Shown here: positions 45,001 to 55,021 of the stretch, in pieces | How the letters are laid out: each line of letters begins with the position of its first letter | Position numbering within the stretch: position 1 is the first letter of the stretch | UHGV virus genome: UHGV-0023958 | From: a virus | Reading direction: 5' to 3' (one strand) | Length of the DNA stretch: 64,000 bases | Made by a program: the position numbers and the translations under genes | The notes under the pieces: model-generated | Told to the model about the DNA's origin: nothing | Databases searched by the model: none | The model's input: only the letters and a program-made list of their open reading frames with translations

Positions 45001-46201
45001 ATATGATAGCGTATATAGCAATGACGGATTAAGTTCTTGGAATTCCCCTTCTAAACAAAATTTAACTTTTGATCAGAATAAAGGTATCGAATTTACGACG
45101 AGGGTTACAATAGACAGTTATCAATACTCGGCAGAATTTCTAAACGTTGTTATTAATACAGATGGCGGAAACACAAAGAACTTGGTTTTGAAACCAGAAG
45201 ATTTATATATAAGTTCTAATGATTGGCCAGAAGGTTATAAAGTTGGTTTCCCGAATTATGAGTGCTATAAGATTGGTAATTATGCTATCGGGGAAAATCC
45301 GAACGTATATGTTTATGGGAATGTAACAACCGATTTGTTCCCTAATTCTGATTCTTATAATTCTTGTATTAAATATAATAATTACTATATATCTTATATT
45401 CCTTCGAACGTAGTTCCCCTTGGAGCTAATAAACCTTCTATAAATATTCCAAATTCTTGGTATTTTATCAATTATGATGAAGAAAATAGTGTTAAAGATA
45501 TAATAAGTGATAAACCGATAAAGATAAATAAGATGATTTATGCTTTAGATGATCCCGATGGGCTATAGAACAAAGATGTATTTTATAATTTGCCAATATT
45601 TATAAGAAACGATTTATCTTTAAGCGGGAAAACAATAGAAAATTTACCTGATGGAACTAAGGTTTATAGTCTTTGGATGGATAAAAACGATGAGATAATT
45701 ATACCAACAATAGTTGCTATAAATGAATCTGCTAATACTTTTTACTATTGTTATAGAAAAGTCAATAATCATCAAGAGGATATATCAGATAATATCTGGG
45801 AAGATACAAAAGAAAACGGAGAAGATAATATTTGGGAAGACGAAATTACAGTAGAAGATACTCAATCTGACCATTTAAAAAATAAAGATGGCTCGTTGAA
45901 TACGATTAGAAATCGTTTGTATGGCAAAGTTTTATATTTTTATGTTCAGTGGAGCGGAAAAGAAAACGACGATATCACATACGGCATTGTTGGAAATGTA
46001 TCACAAAGAGTAATAGATGTTGATTCTGAATTGTCGTTGACTTCTGTTAATCCAGTTGAGAACAGGGTAATTACAACTGCTTTAAATTCAAAATTAGATA
46101 CAACAACGTTATCTGATTAGAACACATTTGGTATATTTAAATGTTATACAGATAAATTTGGAATATTAACTTTTGTTACTGGGGAGGGTGAAAATGGCTA
46201 A
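42065..46201 (+). CDS. large tail/baseplate protein, about 1,378 aa, with 8 in-frame TAG codons
   Basis: AAGAGGAGG site. Frame 2 is open from 42065 to TAA at 46199 with TAGs only at 42389, 42536, 42731, 43199, 43361, 44483, 45566 and 46118. Confidence 0.5.
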
Positions 46202-47789
46202 TATTAAGATAGGTATAAGTAGCGGTTATAAACCACAAGATTTTGGTGATCCTTCAAGAAAATCAAGAGTTTCTTATTTATATGCTTATAACAAAGACGA
46301 ATCTTCTCCGTCAAATAGAAATTTTCCAGCGATTTTTTCAAAGAAAGCATATAATGATATTATGAACGACGAAAATAAAGATTTTTTATTGTTTGCGTTG
46401 AACTATACAGCTGAAAAAGTCAACGGTTTGACAATGCCGCTCCCAGATGGAATTGTTTCAGAAGGATTAAAAACGTTTCCGCAAAGGTCTATTTATAAAA
46501 GAGAAGTGTGGAGAGATGATGACAACCAGGTGCATTATGAAAAAATATTACACCCGGTTGTTTTACAAAACAATGTTTCTCGTGTTATAGACTATAATGT
46601 AACAACAAATAGAAATTATGAATATATAATTTATTTGACAGATCAAAGAGGAAGTCAAACTATCCAAAGAGAAATACATTTCCCAATAACAACAAAGTGG
46701 GATTATTGGTCTATTTCTGAATTACATAGAACAAGCGAATAGAATGTTTATACAACATCCGAAAATGAAACGTGGTTATTTAAATTTAATGTTGAACCGG
46801 GGGAACAACAGCAGAATGTTTCTAAATCGCAACAAGATACGCTTGGTAAATACCCTGCTTTTTCTTATGGAAAAAAGAATTATACCACAAGTTCTGTTTC
46901 TTGTTTGCTTGGCTCCGAAATGCTTCCCTTTGACTTTTTAACAACGAATTATGTTCTTGTAAGAAACGAAGATGGTAGCGTTTCATGGGGTTTGGCGCAA
47001 GATGTCAGTGAGGTATATGGCGGATATACAGAATCTCGTTGGAAGAAACTATTAGATCAATGCGGAATGAACGAACGTGTTGTTAATATTTTTGACACAA
47101 AAATCACATCTAATGACAGTGTTGATATGTTGAATGAGTGGAAGAAATTGTGCAATTCTGGAAACCCGAAGTTGTATAAAAATTCCAAAGGTCAGTCGTT
47201 TATTATACAGATAACCGAATTTTCAAATTCAATTAATGAATCTTGGGATAAACAGCCGATAACTATCAATTTTAGTTGGACAGAAATTGCAGATGCAAGC
47301 GATGCAAGAATAATACAAACAACCGAATTCACAACCGATACAAGCGGAAGTGTTTCTGGTGGAGGAGATGAGCCAGTGATGGATTATAATATTCTTTCTA
47401 ATAAACCACAGATAAACGGTGTTGAGTTGGTTGGAAATAAAACGGATAAAGATTTATATCTGGAAGCAGAAGGTAATATTAAATCTATTTCTGGAACAAG
47501 TCCTTCTGTAAAATTAGACAACAACATCACTTATAATCTTGGTTCGATTAACGGATTAACAACAACATTTGGTAGTATTAATGACGAATACTATAAAAAT
47601 CGTCAGTGTTCACAGGCAGAAATTAACTTTACTGCCGCAAGTAATTTCACATATACACCTCCAGAAAATACAACAATTATAGGTGGAGATGTTGAGGGTG
47701 GAAAACTCAGTGCTAAAAAGGGCACTTCTTACAACATAGGATTTGGATATGTTGATAATGTTATGTATGCCGTTTGTGGCATTAGATAA
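46194..47789 (+). CDS. baseplate/tail protein with one in-frame TAG at 46740
   Basis: GGGGAGGGTGA site. Frame 0 is open to TAA at 47787. Confidence 0.5.
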
Positions 47790-47811
47790 AATATAAAAAG
47801 GAGAGGTAAAT

Positions 47812-49062
47812 ATGATTTATAATTCATCTTAGTTTTCTTTACAAGGAAGCGGAGAGGTAATTTCTATTACCTCTCCTTATTTATTTGATCAATATTATAA
47901 TTTTTATTATATAGAAGATTATATTAAAAACAAACACATATAGCCGAGATTTAAAATATATGTTTTAAATGCCGATGAAACCGAGAGATATGAAATTCCA
48001 AATGGAGATATTATCAGCGGTAGTTATTCCGAAAACTATCAAAATGGTCAGAGGAGAACGTTGTCCTTTCAATTAAATAATAATAATGGAGAATATACGC
48101 CGTCAATTAATCATTTTTGGACTGGGCAGAAATTTTCTTTTTATATTGGATTCAATATGAATAACGATGAAAATAGTGTTATTTGGTTTAGAAAAGGAAT
48201 CTATTCTTGCCAAAATCAAAGCGTTGATAATTCATCTGATACGAAAACGGTTAGTATAGAAACAGCTGATAAATTTTCTGTTTTGGAAGGGAAAAGCGGA
48301 ACATTGGAGTATTCTTATACAATTAATGTAGGAGAGGATATTGAAGAAGTTATAAACAACATATTAAACACGGACAATGGTTCTGGTTTTATGTTGGATT
48401 CAAAAGGCATTGTTTATCATTCTTTATTTAAAGATAAAAAGGTAATTTCTCAAATATCAGAATCTGCTGGCGCAACTTACGGTTCAATTATTTTAAAACT
48501 TGCAGAAATGCTTTCTGCAGAAGTTTTTTATAATGTCAACGGTAATTTGACGTTAATTCCGAAACAAGAAGTTATCAACGATTCCGACAAGCCGATTTTG
48601 TTTTCTTTTAATGCAGACAACGGGGATTTGATGACACATAATTACAGTTTTTCTTTCGAAGATATTGTAAACAAGGTTATTGTTATCGGTTCAAATGTTA
48701 ATGGAAGCACGTGTAGAGCGACGGCTGTCAACAACTCCGCAGATTCTCCAATCAGTGTATCAAGAATTGGCTATAGAACAGGATCAATAATTAATGATTC
48801 TTCGATTAATTCAGATTATCTTGCGCAGGAAAGAGCTGATTATGAATTAAGAAAAGTAAGTGTTGCTAAAACAAGTGTAAGTAACACGGCGTTATTGAAT
48901 CCTTTAATAGAAGTAAACAATTTAATAGAAATTACCGATAATTTTTACGGTATAGAAAACGAAAAATTCCTTGTTCAATCGATTTCTTTTTCGTTAGATT
49001 ATAGCGGAACGATGTCGATTTCAAGTTCAAATATAAACAATCTTTCATTTACGAATAGATAA
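47812..49062 (+). CDS. tail/baseplate protein. The N-terminal extension contains TAGs at 47830 and 47941 and an embedded perfect hairpin.
   Basis: AAAAGGAGAGGTAAAT followed by ATG. Frame 1 stays open for 83 codons up to the ORF starting at 48061. The alternative is a TTG start at 48061 with a GAGGAGA site. Confidence 0.4.
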
Positions 49063-49072
49063 GGAGGGACGT

Positions 49073-50764
49073 ATGAATAAGACAGAACAAGCAAATGGCT
49101 TTTTAAATATAATACGCTCCATTATCAAAGAGGAACAAGATAAGCGCGACAGGGTTGAAATTTGTCAAATTGATAGCGTAAATGAAGATGGGACAGTAAA
49201 TATAAAAATGCTTTCAGATTTTGAAACTGTTAGAATAATTCCAAATATTTCAAATCAATCGATATATAGTTTTAAAAATGGAGATTTGGCTATTATTTAT
49301 ATGATTCAAAATCAATTATCGAACGCGTTTATAATTGCTAAATGCGGTCCGACAAATGAAAGTTTAAGAATATCTTCGTCGGATGGTGATACAACTGGCG
49401 GAGGCACTGTTATACAAAATATAACATATCAAAGCGGAACTACTAGCGGCGTAACATCTGTCAATGGTAAAACGGGCGAGGTTACTATTACTGCATAGGA
49501 TCTTGGAGCAATTACTGAAATTCCAGATGTAACACAAATACAATCAACAGATATTTCTTCGCTAGTTTATGATACAACAAATGGTGCCGCTTTTGAAATA
49601 AATAACAGTATTATCTTTTCAGATGGAACAAAAAATAACCCACTTTTAAAATTCAATTTGCCCATTATCGGCATCAATGGTATTAGTATAGATAAATCTA
49701 ATGGTAAAAATGTTCTGGAAATTTCAGGAAAAGATTTGCAAGATTTAATTAATTCTATATCCTTGACTAGTGGTACGAATAATGGAACTTTAAAATTAAC
49801 CGTTGGTACAACTATTGTTGATAATATTAAAGTTACGGGTTTTGATAAAAAGCAAGACCAGCTTAGCGAGAGCCAATTAAATGCTGTTAATTCTGGAATA
49901 ACTTCAGAAAAAGTAACCACTTATGATGAATACCAGTCTTAGATTAATTCTAAATACACAAAACCCGATGGCGGTATTCCGAAGTCAGATTTGTCTTCGG
50001 ATGTTCAAAGTTCTTTGGTGAAAGCCGATTCTGCCTTACAAACCCATCAGAAAATTACAACTGGTAGTGCGAACGGAACGATTGCCGTTGATGGGACTGA
50101 TGTTTCTGTTAAAGGATTAGGTTCTCTTGCGTACAAAAATTCTTTGACAAAAACAGATGTTGGACTTGGAAACGTTGATAATACATCGGATGAAGCCAAA
50201 CCAATTTCTACCGCAACACAAACAGCCTTAGATGGGAAAGTAAATACTACAACAACGGTAAACGGTCACGCGTTATCTTCTAATGTTACTATTACACAAT
50301 CGGATGTCGGTTTGGGTAATGTTATTAACGCAGGGCAAGATCCAACACCAACATCCGATTCTATAAATTATGTTACTTCTGGTGGTGTTAAAAGTTATGT
50401 TGACAACGGGTTAAACAAAAAAGCGGATTTACTAGTTAATGAATCAACGGTTACTACTGTATAGTCTGGCCGCTTGTATGAGTTTACTGATATTCACAAT
50501 CCATTTAGTTTATCTATCAATATGGATACATTTAAAACATCTAATGATGTTTCGCAGATTTATTTCACGGCAGCAGCTAATTTTGATGTTGTCCTTAATG
50601 TTTCTTCTGGTGTTAGAATAATCGGAGATGGTGTTAATGCGAGTACCAAAAAAATTTCTTGTGTTAAAGGCAATTCGTATTATTTTACTTTTGGTTATAC
50701 AAAAAAAGGTGTTTCTATTGTAAGTAATATTGATGCAAATTGGAGTGAGATAGCAACGGTATAA
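49073..50764 (+). CDS. tail fibre protein with 3 in-frame TAG codons
   Basis: AAGGAGGGAC site. It contains the conserved tail-fibre motif DVGLGNVDNTSDEAKPIS (present twice). TAGs at 49496, 49940 and 50462; TAA stop. Confidence 0.55.
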
Positions 50765-50866
50765 TATTTATAATATATAATAATATTATAATATATATAT
50801 AATAAAATAAAACAAATAAAAAGAAAATAAAGTAACTTTTTATTTTTGAAAATAAGGCGAAATCCC

Positions 50867-50895
50867 TTGACTTTGGGGTGATAATATGTTATAAT
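50867..50895 (+). promoter_or_regulatory. sigma-A type promoter: TTGACT, 17-nt spacer, TGtTATAAT
   Basis: Lies upstream of the dUTPase/nrd operon, after an AT-rich low-complexity tract. Confidence 0.5.
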
Positions 50896-50960
50896 ATACT
50901 CCAAAGCCAAGGGTGAAAGTCTTTGGTTTAGAAAGTTTTAAGAAAAGAGGTCAGTTTTAT

Positions 50961-51437
50961 ATGAGAAGTTTTGAAGAAGTAAAACCAGAATTTAAGAAGT
51001 TTCCAAATGTAAAAACTCGTTTGCCAGAAAGAAGCGATGCAAAGTCGGCAGGTTACGATTTTTATAGTAAGGAAAATTATGTTATTAATCCGAAAGAATC
51101 GCACGTTTTTTGGACAGATGTGAAAGCACAAATGTACTTTGATAACGTGCTTAATATATACGCCCGTTCGGGACTTGGTTGTAAATACGGTGTAGTTCCC
51201 AAGAACTGTGTCGGAATTATTGATGCCTCCTATTACGGGAATGAAAAGAATGACGGCGGAATCGGTGTTTGTCTCGAAAATAAAGGTGATGAGCCGTATT
51301 CCGTGAAAGTTGGCGATCGTATTGCACAGGGTGTTTTCACGAAGTATTATATTACCGATGACGATAAATATGTTTATGGGAAGGAAAAAGATAATGGCAG
51401 AAAGGGTGGTTTCGGTTCTTCCGACGAGGTGAAATAA
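50961..51437 (+). CDS. dut: dUTP diphosphatase (dUTPase)
   Basis: All five dUTPase motifs are present: SAGYDFYS, ARSGLGCKYGV, GIIDASYYGN, GDRIAQG and GRKGGFGSSD. Confidence 0.85.
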   Translation: MRSFEEVKPEFKKFPNVKTRLPERSDAKSAGYDFYSKENYVINPKESHVFWTDVKAQMYFDNVLNIYARSGLGCKYGVVPKNCVGIIDASYYGNEKNDGGIGVCLENKGDEPYSVKVGDRIAQGVFTKYYITDDDKYVYGKEKDNGRKGGFGSSDEVK

Positions 51438-51646
51438 TGAAAGTTGTTTTGTATACTGTGCATTGTCCAAAATGTAAAATTTTAGAAAAGAAGTTAGAAC
51501 AATCAAAAATCAAATATGATGTTTGTGAAGATTTGGATTTGATGTTGGCAAAGGGATTTCAAACGGCTCCAGTTCTCGATGTTGACGGTAGAATTATGGA
51601 ATTTAAGGAAGCCGTTCAATGGGTTAAAGAACAAATTGGGGGTTGA
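51437..51646 (+). CDS. nrdH: NrdH-like glutaredoxin/thioredoxin-fold protein
   Basis: A CPKC redox motif near the N-terminus, 69 aa, immediately upstream of nrdD. Confidence 0.5.
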   Translation: MKVVLYTVHCPKCKILEKKLEQSKIKYDVCEDLDLMLAKGFQTAPVLDVDGRIMEFKEAVQWVKEQIGG

Positions 51647-53568
51647 TGCGTATGGAAATAAGTATTAAGCTTGATTCGGATTTCGAAGAACAAATTAAGT
51701 ATTTAAAAAACAAATACGGAGATGAAATTACAAAAATCAATGGATTGTCAGATGGGCAATTAGATTATACTCACTTTATTGACAATTTTATTGATAGTGA
51801 CAATGTTGCAAATGCCACAATTGATCCAAATGCAAATGCTGGCACTAAAGATGTCCGTGGTTTACTTGATGAAATGAATAAACCACATTCGAAATTGTTG
51901 AGTTTAAATAAAATATACTATGAGGTCAAGAAAAAATACGGAAAAGAATTAGCTAATAAATGGCTCGAAGATGAATGGTCTGGTGCTTTATATTTGCATG
52001 ATGCCCCGTCATCATCTTTTTATTCTTATTGCTACGCTTATGAGTTACAGGGTTTGGCAGAAAAAGGTTTGTATTTTTTGCCAAAAAGTAACACCGAACC
52101 TCCGAAACATTTAACAACCTTTTTCGCTCATTTACGAGAATTTATTGTGTGGGTATCCAATAGAACCGCTGGTGCGTGTGCGCTTCCAAGCTTTTTCGTT
52201 TATTCCTGGTATTTTTGGAATAAAGATGTTCAATCTGGATATTATTTAAAAGATCCCGAATATTATAGAAGACAGATGTTTCAGCAATTTATTTTTGAAG
52301 TAAATCAAATTCATACAAGAATTGTTCAAAGTGCTTATACGAATTTGATTATTATGGATAGAAATTATATTACTGAAATTTTTGGCGGAAGAGAATTTCC
52401 AGATGGAAGTTTAGTAATTGATCACGTTGAAGACATTATTGAACATCAAAAAGCGTTTATGGAAACCGAATGTGAAATTAGAAAACAGGTATTCCATACA
52501 TTTCCAGTTTATACGTATTCCCTTCTTTATCAAAATGGAAAATTTGTAGATGAAGAATTTGCGCGTTGGTGTAATAAACAAAATCTCCAATGGTATGATA
52601 GTAATTTTTATGTTGGAGATAGCGTTACTAATCTTGCTTCGTGCTGTAGAATGTTAAACGATTTGACAAAACAGAAACAATTCCAGTCAAGTATTGGCGG
52701 AAGTCTTGTTGAAATCGGCTCCGTCAAAGTAAGCACAATTAATCTTATGAGAATTGCCATTGAATCAAATGGTGATAAAGATAAGTTTATTGAAATTTTA
52801 ACCGATAGGGTTAAAATGAATATGTTTGTTCTTGATAGAGTTCGTCATATTATTCAAAGGAACATAGAAAAGGGGTTACTTCCAAATTATTCGTACGGTG
52901 TTATTAATTTGGAAAAACAAACCACGACTAATGGTTTAACTGCAATGTATGAAGCCATTGAAAAAATGGGAATGACAGAAACAGATGAATTTGGTTATGT
53001 AAAATATACCCAAGAAGGAATTGATTTTGCTAGTAAAATAATGGATACCGTAAATTATTTGCAAGATCATGCTGGTTTTGATTATAATGTTTCTCTCGAA
53101 ATTATTCCAGCAGAATCTGCAAATGTGAAATTGTGTAAAAAAGATAATATTTTATATAATTTACATGATAAATTTATTTATTCTAATCAATGGACGAGTT
53201 TAATGGCAAAATGTAGTATGAAAGAAAGAATTAAACTTTCGTCTCTTCTCGACAAAAAAGCTGGCGGTGGTCAAATACTTCACATTTCATTGGAGGGTGC
53301 AAGATTAACAGAAGAAGAGAGTTGGAATATGTTAAATTATATTGCTAAAAGTGGTGTAATTTATTTTGCATTTAATCCAAAACTTTCCTTATGTGAAAAA
53401 CAACATACTTTCTTTGGCGATGTTTGTCCTATTTGTGGAAGACCAAAGGTTGACGAAGCAAGTAGAATTGTTGGATATTTGGTTGCTACTTCTACGTATT
53501 CCAAAGATAGAAAAGAGGAATATGAGAATAGAAAATGGTATGCAATTGGCGATGACCAATATTTATAA
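51646..53568 (+). CDS. nrdD: anaerobic ribonucleoside-triphosphate reductase (class III RNR)
   Basis: C-terminal CPICG zinc site plus the glycyl-radical motif SRIVGYL; about 640 aa. Confidence 0.8.
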   Translation: MRMEISIKLDSDFEEQIKYLKNKYGDEITKINGLSDGQLDYTHFIDNFIDSDNVANATIDPNANAGTKDVRGLLDEMNKPHSKLLSLNKIYYEVKKKYGKELANKWLEDEWSGALYLHDAPSSSFYSYCYAYELQGLAEKGLYFLPKSNTEPPKHLTTFFAHLREFIVWVSNRTAGACALPSFFVYSWYFWNKDVQSGYYLKDPEYYRRQMFQQFIFEVNQIHTRIVQSAYTNLIIMDRNYITEIFGGREFPDGSLVIDHVEDIIEHQKAFMETECEIRKQVFHTFPVYTYSLLYQNGKFVDEEFARWCNKQNLQWYDSNFYVGDSVTNLASCCRMLNDLTKQKQFQSSIGGSLVEIGSVKVSTINLMRIAIESNGDKDKFIEILTDRVKMNMFVLDRVRHIIQRNIEKGLLPNYSYGVINLEKQTTTNGLTAMYEAIEKMGMTETDEFGYVKYTQEGIDFASKIMDTVNYLQDHAGFDYNVSLEIIPAESANVKLCKKDNILYNLHDKFIYSNQWTSLMAKCSMKERIKLSSLLDKKAGGGQILHISLEGARLTEEESWNMLNYIAKSGVIYFAFNPKLSLCEKQHTFFGDVCPICGRPKVDEASRIVGYLVATSTYSKDRKEEYENRKWYAIGDDQYL

Positions 53569-53573
53569 TAAAA

Positions 53574-54527
53574 ATGGACAACAGAAGATTATCAACTATT
53601 GAAAATGAAAGAGTAAAATTAGATTATAATATTGTTAAAAATAAAATGGTTGATTGCAAAAATCAAAAAGATTTAGCAAAACAACTTGGTTGTGGTGTTA
53701 ATAAATTAAGAGAATATTTGATTGAAAACGAATTATATGATGAATATTGTTCTATTCATAATATTCCAAATAAAGCAAGAAAAGAAATTGTTTGCTGTGT
53801 TTGTGGTGAAAAGAAATCTGTTTATTTATTGAACGAAAAACCATATTGTAAGAAACATTATAATCAAATGTATCGATATGGCAAAATATATGAAAATACA
53901 ATATATGATAAAAATGAATATATTTTTGAAGAAGATATTGTAAAAATCATATTAAAAGATAAATATCAAAATTATAAAAGCGAATCAATCATAGACGTTT
54001 CCGATTATGAAAAGATTTGTAATTACAAGTGGTACGAATCTTATGGATATTGTGTAACGAAAAGTAATAATTGCGATGAAGGTATTGATATAGCAAATAT
54101 TCTATTTGATAATTATGCAGATAGATTCGATCATCAAAATCATAACAAATTAGATAATCGTAGGTGCAATTTGCGACCAGTAACAGCACATCAAAATTCA
54201 ATGAATATGGGCAAAAAATGCACGAATACTTCAGGAGTTACTGGTATACAAAGACAAAATAAAACAAGTGAAAAGTGGATTGCAACTATAGCTTATAACT
54301 ATAAACCCATATGGCTTGGGGTTGATTATAGTTTCGACAGAATGGTAATCGAAAGATTAAAAGGGGAAGCAAAATATTTTAAAGAATTTTCTCCAAATTA
54401 TAATTTAGAGAAAAAATTAATATGTTTAAATTATGTTTCCAGAGATGATAACTTGAATCATTATATAGAAATGGATTTAAATGGAAATATTATAACAAAT
54501 ATTGTTGTTTCTAATGATTTAAAATGA
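53574..54527 (+). CDS. HNH homing endonuclease with an AP2-type DNA-binding domain, inserted between nrdD and nrdG
   Basis: DHQNHNKLDNRRCNLRPVTAHQNSMN is the HNH signature. SGVTGIQRQNKTSEKWIATIAYNYKPIWLGVDYSFDRMVIERLKGE is AP2-like. No ribosome-binding site was seen. Confidence 0.8.
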   Translation: MDNRRLSTIENERVKLDYNIVKNKMVDCKNQKDLAKQLGCGVNKLREYLIENELYDEYCSIHNIPNKARKEIVCCVCGEKKSVYLLNEKPYCKKHYNQMYRYGKIYENTIYDKNEYIFEEDIVKIILKDKYQNYKSESIIDVSDYEKICNYKWYESYGYCVTKSNNCDEGIDIANILFDNYADRFDHQNHNKLDNRRCNLRPVTAHQNSMNMGKKCTNTSGVTGIQRQNKTSEKWIATIAYNYKPIWLGVDYSFDRMVIERLKGEAKYFKEFSPNYNLEKKLICLNYVSRDDNLNHYIEMDLNGNIITNIVVSNDLK

Positions 54528-55000
54528 AAATCAAACAATTAATATATGAAGATTTTGTCAATTATAAAAAACCATCATTGTTCTTGGGAACTACCGCCTG
54601 TAGCTTTAAATGTGAGAAAGAGGCTAATTGCATTGGAATGTGTCAAAATTCAGATCTTGTTAAAAGCAAAACAATTGAAATTGATAATAAGATTCTAATC
54701 GATAGATATTTAAATAACGGTATTACGGAAGCCGTTGTTATTGGTGGATTAGAACCACTTGATACATTTGAAGATACTTTGCAATTCATTAAAGACTTTA
54801 GAGAAAAATCGGATGACGATATTGTTATATATACAGGTTTTAATGAAGACGAAATTGAAGATAAAATAGTTATTTTAAAAAAGTTTAAAAATATTATAGT
54901 GAAGTTCGGGCGCTATCGTCCGAACTTCCAAAAGCATTTTGATGAAGTGCTTGGAGTGGAATTGGCTTCTCCAAATCAATATGCTAAGAGAATGAGTTAA
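54524..55000 (+). CDS. nrdG: NrdG-like anaerobic RNR activating protein (small T4-type)
   Basis: Cys cluster CSFKCEKEANCIGMC, GGLEP like the GGEP motif, 158 aa, in synteny with nrdD. Confidence 0.5.
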   Translation: MKIKQLIYEDFVNYKKPSLFLGTTACSFKCEKEANCIGMCQNSDLVKSKTIEIDNKILIDRYLNNGITEAVVIGGLEPLDTFEDTLQFIKDFREKSDDDIVIYTGFNEDEIEDKIVILKKFKNIIVKFGRYRPNFQKHFDEVLGVELASPNQYAKRMS

Positions 55001-55021
55001 TTTTAAACAAGGAGGTTGTTT

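Noticed and set aside
46744-46941. 65-aa frame-1 ORF
   Set aside because: It overlaps the continuous frame-0 gene 46194-47789 and has no ribosome-binding site.
31063-50764. Interpreting the many short same-frame ORFs as pseudogene debris or a degraded prophage
   Set aside because: Internal stops occur only as TAG and never as TAA or TGA. All fragments of each gene share one frame, the ribosome-binding sites are intact, and a cognate tRNA(CUA) is encoded. Decay would produce mixed stops and frameshifts.
50928-51506. 192-aa minus-strand ORF
   Set aside because: It is antisense to the well-supported dUTPase gene, whose five motifs are all present, and it has no ribosome-binding site.
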